NCBI GenBank assembly: GCA_030141605.1
Contig: JAQGDQ010000269.1
Span: 124,001-188,000, forward strand
Source: Tubiluchus corallicola
Lineage: Eukaryota > Animalia > Priapulida
DNA length: 64,000 nt
Direction: 5' to 3'
Shown: in pieces, positions 14,138-27,171 of the stretch
Layout of the letters: each line of letters starts with the position of its first letter
How positions within the stretch are numbered: the first letter of the stretch is position 1
The notes under the pieces: model-generated
The model's database searches: none
Told to the model about the DNA's origin: nothing
The model's input: only the letters and a program-made list of their open reading frames with translations
Program-made: the position numbers and the translations under genes

Positions 14138-14143
14138 AATAAA
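14138..14143 (+). terminator. Putative ACE polyadenylation signal
   Basis: AATAAA ~0.87 kb after the last ACE coding segment, followed by a T/GT-rich stretch. Confidence 0.45.
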
Positions 14144-15061
14144 TTGTCAAATGTGTTGAAATTCCTATTTTGTTTTGATCAGTAATAATGCATTTTGTTC
14201 AAATTTAGTCATTTTTAGGAAACAAAAATCGAGTAATATCATGCATGTACTTGTTTATTAAAGTAACACACAAATCAACGTCTACAAAGCTATAAAAATA
14301 ACACAAAAAATGACGTGGAATTAAAAGATGACTAGAATAGAAGACGATAATTAGATTTCAACCTACCACAACCTGTACTAGTTATTATATAGGCTTCAAA
14401 GTTATCTCAGCAAACATTTTAATTGTATTTTTTGTACTTTGTTGCTTTAATGCTAACAGTAGTAGGAATTCTATGCAGCACATCCAGACTAGTAAATTTT
14501 GTATCAGAGAGTTTTTTGCAAGTGTGCGCAGCGAATTCTGTTGGCAAGTTTTTGCAAACTCTAACGAGTTCACTCCAACAGTAAGCGCAAGCTGACCACT
14601 CAGCAAAACTCATGACAGAACTTGCAAAGCCATTCACACTTGCAAGTTAACTTTCAGAGAGAAAACTTGCTAGCCTGAATGCACTGTTAGAAAATGATTT
14701 TATTCTATTTTGTTTTAAGAAACATTTCAGCATCCAAAGTATAACCCTTTGTTCAGCAATTGCCTAAAACTCTCCAAACAAATACAAATACAACAGTATA
14801 ATACCGAGAGTTACCTATACGGTATAGTATAGAACATATCACAATATAATGGACGGTTGAATATAGTTGGAACTTGGATGGAATGTAAATAAAACAAATA
14901 CACTTTAGAAACACAAAATCATCTCACATTTCAATACAAGTCAAATTCATAAAAATGTTACATTGCTGCATTTTTCACAGGAACTAATATTTTTAAATTA
15001 CAACTATATCAAATGTCATGTTCTGACAGCAAGATGACTACCTGATACTTCTCCTAGGAGG

Positions 15062-15363
15062 CAAGGCTGGATTATTCAATAGGATAGTATAGACTGCAGC
15101 CTAGGGCCCCTCGAGTGTGGTAACATTTGGCAATAAATGGTAAAATGGTGGTATTTCCTAAAGAATATTTTTATTGACAAACAAAAAGATAGCTATCCTA
15201 GTTCATTTAAATAATTTGCAACGTTGCTTCAAGCTACGCGAATGTCTCTATAATATATCACGAGTAAAAAATATTCAAGACAGGTGCGGACGAGTTAGAT
15301 GGTGGCTCCATCAGAGAGGACCATAATTTCATTAGCTTGGGGCTCGTTCACAATCCGGCCCTG
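15062..15363. mobile_element. MITE of the CAGGGCCGGATT-type (hAT-like) family
   Basis: Termini CAAGGCTGGATT / AATCCGGCCCTG. The internal sequence matches an inverted copy at ~57731-58034. Confidence 0.65.
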
Positions 15364-16272
15364 CTGAGAGGTTACAGAGGAAGAGAAGTCTATTCTAAAG
15401 TTTCAGACTCACATCTTGGTTGCACTGTACATGTGAGAAGAATGATCTCTTTCTTAAGGCATGAAATCTAGTTTATGAAATTACTATTATTATATCCACA
15501 GAGTGACACAGTAAACAATATGTAATGTAGAACAGAATTACATTCTGCTGCTGCGGCTAGAATAAAAAGGGGGAGCCGGAGCTACCAACTTGCTCAATTA
15601 CTGAAAAATGAGAGAAAGTGGATGCTGAGCAAAGTTTGCAATGAGAAGACTACTGATCTTGATCTTACTAAGATTACAACGGTTTGCGGGTTTCAAGTTT
15701 AAACTTTTTATGCCCATAAAATGTGTCTTGCTATGCACTATACAGCCCTTTGTAACACTATTAATACATGCAACACTCTCTTTGCTAGATTTAGACCAAT
15801 TTTTACATTGTGCAGGTCAGTTGGTGTGTTTGCACGTGGTTTATGAGCTGTATTCTGTTTTGGTGCCATTTTCACAGATCAGGGACTAATCCTGTAATTT
15901 TAATTTTAAATGGGTTGAGAAATTTCAAACACTGCACTGGGTATATTTTGTAAACAAGTGCAAATATAGTTTTAACTAGCAGATTGAGTTTAAATGTGCT
16001 TAACTGCATATATTTTAGTCAAGCTGAAATGAATGCAACTGTTTTATATGCGCGAGATTATATAATGCAATACTTCACTGTTGTCTGTTAATACATAAAA
16101 TGAATAATGCACAGTCGAAAACTCAGGCGGCCAATATCCAAACTGTCAATTTCAAAATTGAATAGCTACTCCAAATTTTACTCATTTCAGAAGCATTTGA
16201 AATAAGCAATAGACAAAATCGTTTTGTTGAGCAAGTTTCTGCATCCGGGTAGTAAGACAATGTGCCAAATAA

Positions 16273-19200
16273 TCATTCAACTGGAATGTCATCCATCGGT
16301 TCGTATCTGCAAAAAATTAAGCAGTATTTGAAAATCCCCAATAAAATACTTTCTTGCCTTCAAAGCATACAAGGCTTTCTGGTAAAGTTTGTAGGGCTAG
16401 CACTAAAAACAGCAGAATAATAAAAAAGCAGCAGCAGCAGCCATTATTCATAGGCATAAAACAGGAAGTGTGGGGCGTGCAGTCAAACTATGATGCAGTG
16501 AATAAACTATTACCATTTTAAATTTGAAATTGTCAAAAATTATCTGTTCAAAATATCAGGGACAACTTTAGGGCACGTAAGCACACATACACACACTAGA
16601 AAAAAGGCTAATGTAACAGATAAAAGCTTCAGAGCAGTGTCAGAGTGCCCACATAAGTATTTAATTAATCAAAAATAACAATATGGTCCTTAGAAGGGCT
16701 AGAAAAGCTGTAATTGTTCTTGAAAGCGCATCTGATCGACAGCTCTCCCACAAGCATGAACTATTCAGGACTTATCACAACAGCTTACTAATCCTGGAAA
16801 GCTTGGACACATTGTTCTCAGATAAGAAAACGTTTTTATTATCTTAAGTCAAGCTTAGGTCAATCTGCAATGTAACGCAACTCACCTCAACTGACACGAA
16901 ACAGTCATAGACACACGCTCATGTCAACTGTGAAGGATCTCCAGTTACTGCACGCAACTAGGAAAATATGTTACCGTGAGTCGCAACACTGCTGAGGTCA
17001 ACGATGACTGAGCATACGCAAATAAAAAATATCTAAAAAAGATTCTGCTTTCCGCTAAAAGAGGCATATTGCTTATACCTTGCTGCATCGTTAACCCATT
17101 TCTGCCCAAATTTAGATCATACACAACGTAACTATTTTTCTAGTGAAACTTCGCTCCACTCATCTGCTGTTTTTACAAGAGACTCGGACCTCTGGGATGT
17201 CATGTTAAAAAATAAATGCTGGTTGGTCGTGCCCTGCCACGGAGTTCTGCTGAGTTGCAAACAATGCTCAGGTTACTGCAATCGATTGGAACTGTGTACT
17301 GTATGCCGCGAGTAGAACACGAGCTACTCTCTGGAATTGAGCTTCATTGCAATGCGTCATAAGCTGCTTGTTTACATCAACTGGAAATACTCGGAACTGG
17401 TACCATACCATATGCCGCCAGTTGCCGAGTATTCAGTTGCGCTGCATCACAAGGTCGACCTAAGCCTACCTCAAGAACTTCTGTTCTTAGATAAAAACTT
17501 TTTCTTCCAACAAATAAGTATCAAGTAAAATAAAAGTCAAAAATATCAAATAAATTGCCCAAATGCATACTTAGACAAGCGTTTCCTCAAGTCCTTCAGT
17601 TGAGTGTTTTTCTTCGACAACATTGTCTTCATGTTCATGTATGCTGCCGTCTTGCTGAATTTTTTTTCTAATTCCTGTAGCATTAATTAAAAAGCCTTTA
17701 AGCCTCAAATTCACAAGTCACTTTAGAAATGTGAATGTAAAGTAAGAATATGTGATCATCTGGGCATTTCGTGATCTAAAACTGGTAAGAAATTAAAATC
17801 TTTCTCAATCTAGCATTCACGACCATATTTGTGCCTCTGGCCTTAAGGCTGATTTTAACAATTTCAGCATTGTAACCAAAGCTGCAATTGGGACCTATAT
17901 TAATAAAAGAAAGTTTATCCAAGTACCCCAACAATCCTTTTCTTAATATGCAAAGTAGTTCAATTCCCTTTACAAACATCTAGTTATACTTTTACTGCAT
18001 ATCTTTGTTCTCTATAGGTCTGTTAGTTTATTACATACTTGGCTTCCTTGTAAATACATAATTAGCGAATAATTTCTGTACTGTAGACTCTGCCTCCAAA
18101 ACTGGTTGTTTGTTTCTGTAGTCGATCACTGAAGATGACTGCAGGCTGTATGGAAATGTTTGAAGACATGTTTTTTAACATTTTGTAACTTGAAGTATTA
18201 ATAAAAGAAAAGCAGTTTTCATCTAATAATGCTGTGAGTGACTTTATAAATTGTCCTTCTTTAGAAAAATTCAGTACAAAGAATGAATGAAAGAAATACT
18301 TATTGTTCATACAAGCATGATTGATTCTTAAATGTAAAGACTTATTTGCCGTAAACTTGTGAGGAATTTACTGAACTAAGCAAGTCAAATAAGTTTCGTT
18401 TGGACACAACAGAATGATCTGATGGTTGTTTTACAATGTTACCACATAAAGTTACATTGTTTACCACATAAAGTTCAAGTCTACAATAACTAACGCATCA
18501 AAGAATGTTGCAGTCCTGCTGTAAGGTAAATTTTTGAATTATGCGCACTACGAACCTAACCGCAAGACTTCATTGCACGTGGGCCTTTGCATCAGCCATT
18601 TTTATAGAATTCAAAAATGGCAGGTCTTACTCAAGTTGGATGGTTGTGTTGCGACCAACACCTAGTTCATTATCAAGGACATTCCTTTAAGATGAGCCAT
18701 TCAACCAGGAGAGGCATCTTAGCCACAGCTGAATTTCCTCCCTTTGCAAAGTAAAAGGCCAGACTCGGGACAGTGAATGAAACCGTCCAGAGGGGTGAGC
18801 AATCTGCATCAGAACGAATTCAAATCGAATAGAATTTTTGATTATCGAACTTGAGTGGCACCGAATTTCAAGATTGTGAATCCGAATAGAATTGGAATAT
18901 AGTTTTAAAATCACAAATAAAAAGCAGTCTTGCAAAAATCATGAGTATGGCTTGATTTTCTTCAGCAATGAAAACACCTACAATTTGTATAAAAACTGTA
19001 GACAGAAATCACAGTAAACTGTGCTGATTGCATGATGTTTAAAATGTTTTAGTGATAAAAAAGTGATGTGGATAAAGCAGTGAAATATTCACATCTATAA
19101 TTTTAGGTTCGAATCAATATTGAATTGAAAAAAACTTGTTTGAATCAGATTCAAACATTTGATGTGCACCTCTGCCACGCACTGGCCAGCCTCAGTGCTA

Positions 19201-22200
19201 TTCTTAACTTCAATCTCCAAGGCAATGCCAAGACCGTTGAGCCATGCAACTCGCCATTCAGAAGAAAAACCTTTATATTTCGATAAATCGTATTATTTCC
19301 TTTTTGTAGTGAAAAAACAAAATCGGTATCAAACAATTTATTATAGAACGACAGTTTTTCTTAGACACACTAACCTGCTCAGCCATTTCAAGGTGCTCTT
19401 GTACTTCGAGTAGCTTGTGTTTAGTTGTGATCAGATCCGATTCCATTGCTTGTTTGCCTGCTTCAGTTTGTTCAAGATTCTGAAACATTTTCACAATCTT
19501 AATTGTTCACGATCTTAAATTTTAGAGTAGGAACGAGACCATGAATATTTAAATTTGAAATCAGTCTTACTCAAAAGATATGAAATGTGAAAAAGTTGGA
19601 CATTTGGAAAGTTGGAAAAATGGGACGAGAGTGGATTTGAACCAGGGACTTGTCGCTTACATGATGAATGCCACGATAACTAGACTACTCTGCATATTTA
19701 CAGACCCAGACTCCAATTCAGCTTTTCACAATTCTCTTCTTACAGAAAAAATTTGTTTCAAACTTTATTAACCATGAATTCATTCAATAATTTGAGTCTT
19801 TTTATAGTCGGTTTACTTGCTGAGGAAATTAAAACTGACAAAATTAAAAACTATACAAATTCTGATTGTAATCACATTGGAAGTTTGCAGTTATGCACCT
19901 GTTTCATTTCAGCTTTGATAGTTGACATCTCAACAGTCAGTTTTTCAATATCTTCCGTTGGTATAACTGGCTGAAAATGAGAAATGTAGAAATAATATTA
20001 AAACATGTTAAATAAGGAATGGCCTTCATATTTTTTTAGTTATCACAATTTTTTTTTAAAAACTGTACAGAGATGATCACACACTTAGATGAGAAATCCA
20101 CTTAAATAAATGCAAAAAAAACAATTTTGAATTGGAAAGACTGAAAAATTTTGCATTCCTTTGGGACTCGAACCCAAGACCTTCCGATTTCCAGGCAGCT
20201 ATGCTAACTTATTTAACATATACACTGACATTGTTCTATGGAAGAATTGGTGGACATAAAATAATTTCTTAAGCTAGAGTTTCAGAGACTTTTCCATTTG
20301 CTAGAATTTATGCCTCTACAAAAAATAATTGATTTAGTGGCTTCCTGCTAAAGGTTAATTTTTAGTTAATGGCTCAAAGGGCTACAAATTGGCCCAATGG
20401 AGAAATCAGAAGTGAACAACTTCCATTAATAAAAAATCGCAAAATAAAGAAAAAGAAATGTCTAACCTTGTCATTGAGAATTATTTTCAAGTAAACTCCA
20501 TTTTAGGAATTTTTTACTTGTGTTTTTTCCCAAAAAATTATGTTTCTTCCTTTGAGGAAAAGAGAATTTATACCTGAACTTGAACCAACTTAGACAGCCC
20601 ATAATCATTGATGGTAGATGCCATAATTTCATTAGAGATTGTAAGAGTCATGCGCCCAGTCGACATGTTCCTTAAACTTACCAGCCCAATTTTTTAAAAT
20701 TTTGCCCAAACATAATGTTCAGGAAATGCCTGCAAAACACTTCACAAGATTTTGGAGCCCAATCAATAGCTCTTTAAATGAGAACAAATATATGACACTT
20801 TTAAAAATACCTCAACCAAGCTGAAGAACTAACATTGTTTACTGTTTCGTTTTCATGACCTTAACTGGGAAAGTTATAGAGCTTATAAGTCATTGTTGCT
20901 GCATCATTGGTTATCTTCTTTTACATCACAGCTGGGTGTATCTGTGTGCAAAATGTTTTAAATGCAACTTATGACGTTTGAAATGCATTTTAATTGACTA
21001 AAGGAATTATTGGACAGTGGTAGAGTCAGTTTGGTACGCACTACAGAGACTGAATGCAATGGAACAAATTATCGGTTTCAGTTATCTAATGTAAGTCATT
21101 TTCGAAAGCAGATTCGACATTTTCACCATACCCATAGTGCCTGACAGACTCTCTATGTTAACACTGACGTATGTGAATTGTCACTGTGTGATGCAATTTT
21201 AGCTACATAATTTCAAAATCCAATGCTCGTGTGATGGCTTCGCCTCCAAAAAACTAAGCCTACTTCTGCTACATTACGTATTTTAAAACACCTCCACTGC
21301 GCGACGCTTTTGAAAACGCAAACAGCTCATCAATAATCCACTTTACTCACAGCTTAGTGTCTGCTTAACTATTATTCTTAGCAATAGTCAAGCTGTATTC
21401 TTAGCTGTGTACTCAAATCAGTATTTTATCGTGAAAAATACCTTCTGGTTTCGTAGAGACAAGATTTCATTTTGAGACTTCTTCAGCTCACCAGCAAGTT
21501 GATTTTTCTCTGATAGAATAGCCGTCGTTTGAGATTCAAGAGTTTTCATTCTTTCCCGTAGCTTTTCATTCTCTTGCTTTAGTCTGTCAATTTCCTGTAA
21601 TGTGGATAATCAGCTCAATGTTTATTACTAGCTCTCATAATTCATTTGACTAGAGAACCAATAGAAATGTATAGTTGTCCCAATGAGATTGATATTCGTG
21701 AAAATTGGTGTAAAAAATGTAGTTTCTGCATCAAATTGGATTATATGTTTTCAAATCATTGTACAGTATCATAATTCTCTGGCTCATTGATTTAGTCATT
21801 GTAGAGTATCATAATTCTCTGGCTCATTGATTTAGTCATTGTAGAGTATCATAATTCTTTGGCTCATTGATTTAGTCATTGTAGAGTATCATAATTCTTT
21901 GACTCATTGATTTAGTCATTGTAGAGTATCATAATTCTTTGGCTCATTGATTTAGTCATTGTAGAGTATCATAATTCTTTGGCTCATTGATTTAGTCATT
22001 GTAGAGTATCATAATTCTCTGGCTCATTGATTTAGTCATTGTAGAGTATCATAATTCTCTGGCTCATTGATTTAGTCATTGTAAAGTATCATAATTCTTT
22101 GGCTCATTGATTTAGTCATTGTAGAGTATCATAATTCTTTGGCTCATTGATTTAGTCATTGTAGAGTATCACAATTCTCTGGCTCATTGATTTAGTCATT

Positions 22201-23115
22201 GTAGAGTATCATAATTCTTTGACACATTGATTTAGTCATTGTAGAGTATCACAATTCTCTGGCTCATTGATTTAGTCATTGTAGAGTATCATAATTCTCT
22301 GGCTCATTGATTTAGTCATTGTAAAGTATCATAATTCTTTGGCTCATTGATTTAGTCATTGTAGAGTATCATAATTCTTTGGCTCATTGATTTAGTCATT
22401 GTAGAGTATCACAATTCTCTGGCTCATTGATTTAGTCATTGTAGAGTATCATAATTCTTTGACACATTGGTTTAGTCATTGTAGAGTATCATAATTCTTT
22501 GACATATTGGTTTAGTCATTGCAGAATATCATGATTCTTTGGTACATTGGTTTATTTATTATACAGTATCACAATTCTATGATATATTGGTTTAGTTATT
22601 ATAGAGTATCACAATTCTTTATGGCAAATACAACTATCCAGAACAAGTGTCAATTTTATTATAAATGGACACGAAGCATCATTGTGAAGCATATGACCTT
22701 ATCCACATGAATAGAAAATAAGAAAACGTATTAGCGACTGCACGTGAATTTACTACTCAAAAACTAAACCACACCTACCATATTCAATAAAGCAACTCCA
22801 CCATCTTCATTCAGTGGTTCTAGTTTAGTCTTAGGTGTGAAGGAGGAATCAGCTTTGGACGAAAGCTGCTGAGCCTCAAAATCTTTTATCTGATCCAAAA
22901 GATCTCTAGAAAAATAAAAAATGTATTTCACTAATTAAAAAGAGCAAACAAGGTGAATCCTCATTAAAGCGGATGACAAACATCAGGGGTCTAGAGGTCT
23001 AGAAAATCTAAAGGGACACATTCAATGTAGAAATGATGATGATGATAAATCTTTATTGCACAATGAGCCTCTACTTTCAGGCAGGGGAAATTTGCACACC
23101 CATCTAAACTTTATG

Positions 23116-23149
<34 letters not shown>

Positions 23150-23202
23150 TAAAGTTTCATACATATGTGTGCGTGTGTGTGTGTGTGTGTTTGTGTTTGT
23201 GT

Positions 23203-23239
<37 letters not shown>

Positions 23240-26200
23240 CGTGCGTGCGTGTGTGTGTCACTTCAGAATATATATACAACGAAATATAGCGCTAACAAAA
23301 GCTAAAAGCAATTCAACGAGTAAAATTTAAGAAACAACTTAAGAATAAAATTTAATATCTTAACAATAAAATAACAATTTAAGAATATTATTTAAGAAAA
23401 ACAGAAGCTATTTAATATTTTTGTAGTAAATTACATTACAGTCATTTATGTTAATATTAGTTAAAAATGCTATTCAGAATAAATTCGTCATTTCCAAAAC
23501 TTACAAAGCTGTTAAACAACAAATAATTTCTGTACAGATAAAATTTCATTTACAAGTCCATTGCATGTAGAAAGTCAAAAAAAGCGTACGTAAATTTGGA
23601 TTCAGATTATTTTTACAGTAGTTTGAAGGGGCATTGGTAGGTTCTAAAGATAGGGGGAACAAGTACATGAAAAAGGTGCCATGACATATGAAACAATTAT
23701 ATGTTTGTCTATGCCATTACAAACAGTACCAGCGTGTGACAAAAATATATGATAAAAACTAGACTTGGAGCAATTTGATCCTTGGTTCAGTCAGTCAACC
23801 CTGTCAAATGAGTTGTGTAAATGCACGCTCATTTTAAAAACACGAGAGGCAGGTTTGTCAAATAAATTAATGATTCCAGAAAATTCTTCCAAGGCCGTTT
23901 GATTAAAAAAAATACAAAAAGATTCAACTGTTACCACTCAAGTGAACTAAAGAGTTAACAAAATTGTTGAAATGGTGCCAATTTTAAAAAAATGTGCTTG
24001 GGGGAGCAGTTGTTCCCCTTGCTCCGCTATTAGCTACGCCACTGGTAGCTTGGAGTATCCTTAGAAGACAACAAAAAACAAAATGCAAGTAGTGAAACAC
24101 ATGAAACATTTGCCTTATATGAGCCAAATATTATTAATTTCCAAACAAATACCTCTAGAACTCATCATTTCTATTTGTAAAATTTCCTGTGAATATGGCT
24201 TTATTTAAGGGCAATTTTCTTAACTGATGGAACCTAATACAGCCATAGGGAAAACCTGTTGCATTTAAACTTCCGTGAACACACATTAGCTAGGCCTGTA
24301 TCGATGCATCGTGGTGTCTTTTAAGACAATAGGTGTGCCACCAATGTGCACCCATATCATGATAATCTGAGTCAATGAAATTTAGCAAATTAGCATGAGC
24401 TTGACCATATGCTGATAAAAACGTTGTGAAGTAACTCAGAGAGTGTACAGTAGATACATGACAATCAGTGAAGTGAGCAGCAATTGTCTTAACACAGATG
24501 CTTCTTGCAGCCAAAGCGGTTAAAAACGTAAGGTGTTTAATCTGTAGTAGGCTAATTATGTTGTTTATAAATAAACTTGTGAAATGAGAAAAGTGAACAA
24601 GGAAATACACAAGCAACTTTTAAACCTAAAGTACTGATTTGTTTTGCTTTTCTTGTGGCTTACAATGCTAACTATAGCCTACACATTACACAAACTTGTA
24701 ATAAATATTAATCAAACAGTTTGTCGACTTATTTTAACATTTATAGTAAGTTATAAATGCTATAAAAACTGTTGATTGATAAAATATGTTCTGCATTTAT
24801 CATCAATGGCTTCATTTAGTTCTTTCTTTATAAAATCTGCAAACGATAACTCCGGTATATCAGGATACGTATCATATCGTGGCCTAGGTGTATCGTAACA
24901 GCTCTAATATTAGCTGTGAGAAGTAAAACATAATCATTTTAATTAAATGAAACGAAAACGAAAATGTTCAGAATTTTTGCAGTTTGAATTGGTAATGATT
25001 TGAGCAGAAATGGCCGAAATTTTTGCAACTAGAAGTAAAATTTTTGAAACTTTTAACAAAATATTTATACTTGTTTTCCAACTCTGATATGTCAGCCTGT
25101 AGCTTTAGGTGCCATTTCTCTGCCTGCTGGAAAAGTTGACGCAACAACAGGCTGTTAGTGTGTGCCATATTGATAAGTTCCACTTCGATCTCACCACGCA
25201 CGACTGCTGCTAGCCCGTCAAGCATTTCAGTAACTTCATCTATTGTGTAAGTGTTCTCAACAAGCCTAAAAACATGAACGATGTCTCAGCGACAGAAAAA
25301 CATGAGAAAAGCTGAAAAGTGCCTTACACAGAAAGAGAGCAACTAACTAACAACCAAACAGAGTGTATCTAGCAAAAGTACATCTCTTTCTGCATCATAA
25401 CTGCAAACAACATTGGAAACAATGACACCGAGGTCCAGCAGCTGGTGTAGTGGGCAGAAATAGGCTGTAGACAGTCTCAACTACCTGTAGAGATGTGGTG
25501 CCTCTTTTGAAACAATTAGTCTAATTAGTCATTAGTCATTTTCTAATTAGCTACTCTTTATGCTGCCAGGCTCGAGATATATTACTAAACAAACTCTGTA
25601 CTTTGTTAATTCCTTATAATATTAGAATTCACAATCTGTCAACAAATGAACTCGTGGCTTCTTCATGGCAATCAACATCTACATAGAACTGTTAAAATTC
25701 AAGTATTTAAACTTGTACAGAAATTTATATTTCTTACTAAGCATGTTGTATTAGTTTACATTGTTTACATAGTAATATTATCGTTCATATAGTCATACTG
25801 TAATGCTTCTACTGTTCATTTATTATCTGCGCTCTTCTAAGTGTTATGGTCCGTGGGCAAGATATAGATATAGACGTTTATATTTTCTTATATTGTCACA
25901 AATGTTCAATTTTACAAAATACTTTCACCAGTTGTTTAGTGGCAAGAATGTTTACCAGTTGCAATACTGTCTATTCAAGCCATATTTTCATCTCTATCAT
26001 ATTACAACAAAACTATGTTTAAACTAAATGTACGAAATGTTATAGTATAAAATTCATGTCACAGTACTCCCCAAAACAAAACAGCTGTCCAAGAATTGCT
26101 TTTACCTGCTTTCTTTCAGATCATTAAAGTTTCCATCAACTGCTTTCAGCTGCTGATTTCTTCGATATTTTGAAAATCGGATGTAATTCACAATTTGATC

Positions 26201-27120
26201 CTTGTGATGTGAATTAAGACCCAAATCAACCTAAAAAAATAAAGTAAAACTAAACCCTCACTATGACATAAGTTTTTACGACCTAAAATCCTACTCTCAT
26301 TATGAATCTTCAACTTTTGTATTATAAACTTACCGTAAAACTTGTTTTTTTTTATTATTTATTACTTCGTTGTCAGTGGTATTAAATTTGAAGAACTGCC
26401 ATTTTTCGTTGCGCGAGATGAATGACCTAATGAGTGCAGTCACAAGGTCACCAAAAATCGATAAACAAACATCAGTAACCAAAGACGCTTTCTGTGCCTC
26501 GTACGTCATTCTTGCTCACTGGTGCAAAAGACGCGGAATACGGCGATTTTTACGGCAATGCACGCATTCAAAGTTTGCCAGAAAAGGGCAAGTTTTTTAA
26601 TTTATAAGTTTCTTTTGTTTCCTAATAACTATGAATTATTGTGTAATCATAATAATGCATTAAAAAAAATTTCAGTGCCTGTTAGGATTATATGGCCTTT
26701 AAGCAAAATAAATAGTTCAGATATAAATTATTGTGGCTTGCAATTTCCTACTAAACAGCACTTCAAATCTTTTTCGTTCAGTGCTTGCATTATTTTCAAA
26801 TTAATTTTAGATGCCTTTATGTAAGCTTTTATAATGTGCTGATTTTATTACTAATCCAGCATTCATTAAACTTCTTACAAAAGATTTTTTTCATAAGTTT
26901 ATGCATGCAAACGGTCTTAGCGCTACGCATGGGTTCATTAAACCAGTTTTCCTGAAAGTCTTATTAAATTTGCTTGTAACTTTTCTCAAGAATTACAGAT
27001 TATGTAAATACAATACTATACGCTGTGCACAGTTTATATTAAATTTAATGGCTATTCCTAGTGATTTCATGGAAGAGGAAAAGGCTGATAATAAAAATTT
27101 GATTCATAAAGAAATTTTTC

Positions 27121-27171
<51 letters not shown>

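Noticed and set aside
26331-26340. Strong minus-strand donor (ACG|GTAAGT) as the LZTFL1 first exon
   Set aside because: No ATG at the junction, and it lies within an interspersed repeat also present at ~42 kb.
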